The notes below the pieces were generated by a model, which searched no databases, was not told where the DNA came from, and saw nothing but the letters and a program-made list of their open reading frames with translations. Made by a program: the position numbers and the translations under genes. A DNA stretch of 63,671 bases, the filler included, from Guillardia theta CCMP2712 (lineage: Eukaryota > Protista > Cryptophyta), in NCBI RefSeq assembly GCF_000315625.1. It is 8 parts of 8 records of this genome, joined end to end, with 100 filler letters (N's around TTAATTAATTAA, not from the genome) between each part and the next. Parts side by side here need not be neighbours in the genome. Positions count along the whole stretch, not along the records: positions 58,197 to 63,671 come from NW_005434195.1; 7 more parts are not named here. One strand, written 5' to 3'. Below, piece by piece: positions 58,557 through 63,671 of the stretch (the stretch's first letter is position 1; each line of letters begins with the position of its first letter).

Positions 58557-60521
58557 ATGCCGAACAAGCAGCTCATAACTGGAAGAGACCTCAGCCGCAA
58601 AAGGGCCAGAGATAAGCAGAACGCTCTGGTCACCCGCGAGCAAACCAAGAAGCTCCTCGACGTCCTCGACCCCTTGACACCTCAGCGCATAAGGAACTTG
58701 GGGGAGCTGAGGGGGAGCTTGCCGTCTCGGAGGACGCTGCTTCACCTGCTGGAGGACCTGGTGACGCACTTGCGGGCCATGCCGGCGTCGTCTCGGGCGA
58801 GCAGGAAGGAGCGAAAGCCCGGCGTGTCGCTGGAGGAAGCGACGGCGAGAGTCATGTCGAGCCGGAGGGAGAGGATCGTGTCGGTGGAGCTACCGAGCTG
58901 GAGGATCAAGTGCGGGAGCGTGGGGCTAGAGGGGTACTACGTGCGATCGCCGCTACGGAGGCTGGTGAGAAGAAGGGACAGACACAAAGGAGGAGTAGAA
59001 GCGTGGGAGGGGGGAGGGTTGAGAAGGTGTCTGACGCGGAGCATGACTGTTGGGACAGGAAGGACAGTGCTTCCTCCATCTGGTCGAGAACGAGAGCCTG
59101 GACGTGCTACGAGCGGCTGGGCAGGCGGTGATGCGGGGCAAGGGGGTGGGGCCCTTCTTCGTAGACCTGCGGACGTTCTCGAGGGAGGGGATGGTGTGCT
59201 TGAACGTGATCAGGTGTCGGGTGATACCGGCGCATGTGTCGTGCAAGGGGGAAGGCGTGTTCGTACTGGAGGCACAGGAGGAGGCGGAGGTGAGGCACGC
59301 GTGGCCAGGAGATCTTGTAGGGAAGTTCTGCATGGTAGTACGGAGAGACCCGGGGACGTCGAACGCGTGCGCGTACGACATCGACCAGGCGCTGAGGGGG
59401 CTGGTATCAGAGAGCCGGTGAGAGCAAGGAGGAGGGACTTAGGGGAATGAGGTCACTTACACGTTGCATGTCAAGAGTTCCAATGATGGAGGCGCTGAAG
59501 GTGTTATCGACGGATCACGCGTCACAGAGCATCATGGAGAGAGTACGAGGAAGCATGCAGACCATAGGTTCGGCACTGACGGGGATCTTTGGTTATTTGG
59601 GAGGATGGCGTTTTGTGTTGTTGTCAATGTTCAGGATCAAGGAAGGAATGGTGTTGGGACTGAATCTATTTTCTCTTCTGTTTTGTAATGTGCTGTTGCT
59701 CTAGGACGAGCTTTCTTTGTGTGTATGGCCAAGGTGACAGACACGCACTTATCGCTGGGAATGGACGAGGAGAACAATTTCTACATCAACTTCCACATCC
59801 GGATGAGGCTGCCTCAGGTAGAAGGAGGAGGAGGAGGAGAAGGAGGAGGTGGAGGAGGAGGAGAAGGTGGTGGTGGAGGAGGAGGTGATATTGACTCACG
59901 GGAGTTGTTTGTCGCACAGCTTGTCGGAGGCTTCAAGTCGAACTGGAAAAGAGTCATGAAGCTTTCATTGAGCGGAGCCGCGACAGAGCTGAGCGATGAG
60001 AGTACGTGACGAAGGGAAGAAGCTTCTGTAGGATGACGAGAGCCCTGCAGACACGAAGGTCTATGGTTTCGTGGTCTCCAAAGTTGGAGAGGAGTCACTC
60101 TACACGACATTGTTGTACCTGCACTCGTCGACGGGGTATGCGATGTGCCATCACGACTCATGGACGAGGCGATCTGAGACGTGCTGGATGCAGAATCTGC
60201 TACTTCTCTCGGAGGTTCACGACCACGCCTATGGGGATACAGCAGAGTGTGCGGGTGAGGAGCTTGTGGTGGGTGAGGGGAGGGAGAGGAGTGACGGGGA
60301 GACGAGCAGGTGTTTCGAGACGGATCCGACGAGGTGAGAAATATTCGTTAGTCAGTCGGGACCGCGGGAGGGGACCGTAGATTGAGCCTGAAAGAGAACT
60401 GAGCTTGTTCTGACGCGGAATATTGCCAACTTTTCAGGAGGGTCCGAAGCGCTTTTACATCAACATGGTGAAGGTCGCCGAGGAGGACAGAAGCTTGCTA
60501 GCGTCTCTAGAGGAGTTGTAA
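58557..60521 (+). CDS. Putative bHLH-like + PAS-like transcription factor, copy 1
   Basis: Basic RKRARDKQNALVTR, helix-loop-helix KKLLDVLDPL...RRTLLHLLEDLVTHLR, then PAS-like IVSVELPSWRIKCGSVGL..GQCFLHLVENESLDVL; stop 60519-60521. Confidence 0.55.
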
Positions 60522-61349
60522 TAATACTGAGATAATTGACGGTGAGTGTGTAGAAATGATACAGAAGTTCAACTTCCGAAGTTCGACTGCGGAGCTTACA
60601 TGATTTAAAGTCGGATCCGGCGCAACTTCCCAAAACAAAGATTTCAATCTGAAAAATCGACTCACTGCCGGGAGCGCAGGCCCAGGAGTATCACGACGTG
60701 GACTTCCTGTGACAAGGTCACGGGTGTTGAGCAAGTACCTTTGCATCCCTCAGCAAACAAGCACTGACTGGCACCCGGTGACCGGCGTTGAGTATCGGAC
60801 TGCTCACTGACTGGGCCCGGCAGGATGCATTCGAGTATCCTCTTTATTGACTGAAAAAGAAACATCCTGAGGCGGAGGGGTAGCACGGTTGTACTGATGA
60901 TAATGATAAGTAATACTTTGATCCCGTAAAATGGATATGGGGAAAAGTTTACGATGCAACTTTTAGTAGAATGAAGCGGCGACGGTGACCGAGGGCCGTA
61001 GGAGGAAGGAGAAGCAAAGAGTAGAGGAGGACTGTGACGAACAGAGAACAGCTCCTGAACCTGGCAACAGAGGAGACGACCACAGAATGGGGAGATGAAA
61101 CCCTACAAAAATGCAAAGTTTACCATCACCACCGCTATGCGCATGCACACCAGTACTTACATGGCATAATTGTTTGCATCACCCACCCATTTTCCCTCTC
61201 CTTCCCCTTTCCTATTTTCCCTTCCTCCCTCCTTCTATCATTACACTGCCTCCCTCCCTCCTACTGCGCTCAGGCCAAGACAAGTCAAAAGTACTTCTGA
61301 CACTGACATGACAGGTAGATATGGACCACTAGCACCTGCAAGCCCCGGC

Positions 61350-63368
61350 ATGGAGCGCGGAAGAGGAAGAGACCTCGGCCGCAAGAAAGCGAGGGACAAG
61401 CAGAATGCTCTGGTCACCCGCGAGCAAACCAAGAAGCTCCTCGACGTCCTCGACCCCCTCATACCCCAGGGGGAGAGGAGCTTGGGCGAGCTGAGGGGGA
61501 GCTTGCCGTCTCGGAGGACGCTGCTGCACCTGCTGGAGGACCTGGTGACGCACTTGCGGGCCATGCCGGCGTCGTCTCGGGCGAGCAGGAAGGAGCGAAA
61601 GCCCGGCGTGTCGCTGGAGGAAGCGACGGCGAGGGTCATGTCGAGCCGGAGGGAGAGGATCGTGTCGGTGGAGCTACCGAGCTGGAGGATCAAGTGCGGG
61701 AGCGTGGGGCTAGAGGGGTACTACGTGCGATCGCCGCTGTGGAGGCTGGTAAGCAGAGGGAAGAGAGAGTACATGGGCGGAAGGCAGGAAGGGAAAGAAG
61801 ATCAGCGTGGGGGAAGGAAGGAGGGATGCAGGGAAGGGGGTTGAGTAGGTGTCTGACGAGGCGCATGACTGTTGGGACAGGAAGGACAGTGCTTCCTCCA
61901 TCTGGTCGAGAACGAGAGCCTGGACGTGCTACGAGCGGCTGGGCAGGCGGTGATGCGGGGGGAGGGGGTGGGGCCCTTCTTCGTAGACCTGCGGACGTTT
62001 TCGAGGGAGGGGATGGTGTGCTTGAACGTGATCAGGTGTCGGGTGATACCGGCGCATGTGTCGTGCATGGGGGAAGGCGTGTTCGTACTGGAGGCACAGG
62101 AGGAGGCGGAGGTGAGGCACGCGTGGCCAGGAGATCTTGTAGGGAAGTTCTGCATGGTAGTGCGGAGAGACCCGGGGACGTCGAACGCGTGCGCGTACGA
62201 CATCGACCAGGCGCTGAGGGGGCTGGTATCAGAGAGCCGGTGAGGACAGGTAGTGGCGGTGAGATGGAGGTAATGGAGAGTGTTTCGTGCAGGGGCTTCA
62301 TGATGGAGGCGCTGAAGGTGTTATCGACGGATCACGCGTCACAGAGCATCATGGAGAGAGTACGAGGAAGCATGCAGAGCCTTGGTGAGATAGAATCCCG
62401 GTTTGAAAGAGATTGTTTAGAGGGATTCAGTGCTCACTGGACGTGAACGGTTGTGTTGGATAGAATCAGGAAAAGTGCTGGGGGAGTTAGCAAACACACT
62501 CCGGGAGGGGACTGGGATCAAAAGACTGAATCAGGGATGTTTTTGCAGGGAGCTCCTTCGCAACGTACATGAGCAGGCTGGCAGACACCCATCTTTCACT
62601 GGGGATGGACGAGGAGAATAACCCTTTCGTCGATTACTACGTTCGGATGAGGCTGCCTCAGGTAGGAGGAGAAGGAGGAAGTGGAGGAGGAGGAGAAGGT
62701 GGTGGTGGAGGAGGAGGTGATCGTGACTCACGGGAGTTGTTTGTCGCACAGCTTGTCGGAGGCTTCAAGTCGAACTGGAAACGAGTCATGAAGATGGCGT
62801 ATGATGGAGGCGAAACAGAGCTGGGCGATGAGAGTACGTGACGAAGGGAAGAAGCTTCTATGGGCTGACGAGCGCCCTGCAGACACCAACGTTCACGGGT
62901 TTGTACATAATCAGGGCGAGGAAGACTTGTTGAAAGTTACGATGCTATACCTGCACTCGTCGACGGGGTAGGGATGCACTCATGGACGAGGCGATCTGAG
63001 ACGTGCTGGATGCAGAATCTGCTACTTCTCTCGGAGGTTCACGACCACGCCTATGGGAACGTTGCAGAGTGTGCGGGTGAGGAGCTTGTGGTGGTGTGAG
63101 GGGAGGGAGAGGAGTGACGGGGAGACGAGCAGGTGTTTCGAGACGGATCCGACGAGGTGAAGTGATGTTTGAAATAGCAGCTGAGAAAGGAGGAAGGGGA
63201 ATGGGAGAGTGCCAGAGTGGAGGAAGAGAGAATGGGAGGGAGGAGATTGGCGTGAGAATGAAAGTTTTACGATGACAGGAGAGTCCAAGGCACTTTTACA
63301 TCAACATGGTGAAGGTCGCCGAGGCAGATAGAAGCCTGCTAGCGTCTTTAGAAGACACTGAAAATTAA
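61350..63368 (+). CDS. Tandem paralog (copy 2) of the bHLH/PAS-like gene; premature stop and deletion in the 3' region, possible pseudogene
   Basis: Near-identical exons to copy 1. TAG at 62969-62971 and a net 10-bp loss relative to copy 1. Confidence 0.55.
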
Positions 63369-63534
63369 AAGGAATGATTGCTTTGATAAATGAATCTTTG
63401 CAGATTGTTGTACTTGCCTTTCTCTCAGGGATTGGGACGTCAACAGGAAAGAAAAGATTTTAGAAGTGCCGATGATGATTTCGGTGATAACAGAGAAGAG
63501 GATGATGGAGATGATGATGATGATGATGATGATA

Positions 63535-63608
<74 letters not shown>

Positions 63609-63671
63609 GATGATGATGGCGTGTTAGCGCGGTTCAGTTTCTAGCAGTGCAGCTGTGGTGCAGCTAGTGTT

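Overview
Eukaryotic nuclear DNA: GC-rich, with many short GT-AG introns packed with microsatellites. The intron style, a signal-peptide+AF plastid presequence and CCCTAAA repeats suggest a cryptophyte such as Guillardia (inference). Seven artificial N44-TTAATTAATTAA-N44 linkers split the window into about 8 pieces, so adjacency across linkers is not trustworthy. Recognisable genes: TPR + GT23/FUT8-like fucosyltransferase; IQ + MORN5-like protein; LysM protein; a Crinkler-type NTPase with signal peptide and a coding tandem repeat; the last exon of a Fab1/PIKfyve-like kinase; a GADL1/CSAD-type PLP decarboxylase (with a 1-nt frameshift); a TAP-like ABCB half transporter; RetSat; a plastid-targeted ankyrin protein; TRAP1; a Cys-rich membrane-anchored protein; and two tandem bHLH/PAS-like genes. 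Ty1/copia fragments lie beside an interstitial telomeric repeat. The most striking feature is an 11-kb block (33865-44808) made almost entirely of one CRE-clade (RT + restriction-like endonuclease) non-LTR retrotransposon that has repeatedly inserted into itself. About 19 copies of its conserved 3' terminus alternate with variable element fragments in both orientations. There is no poly(A); tails are short palindromes (TATA or TCGA) that co-vary with an internal SNP, one insertion has a 46-bp target-site duplication, and one inversion junction shows microhomology. All exon boundaries were read by eye and are approximate.
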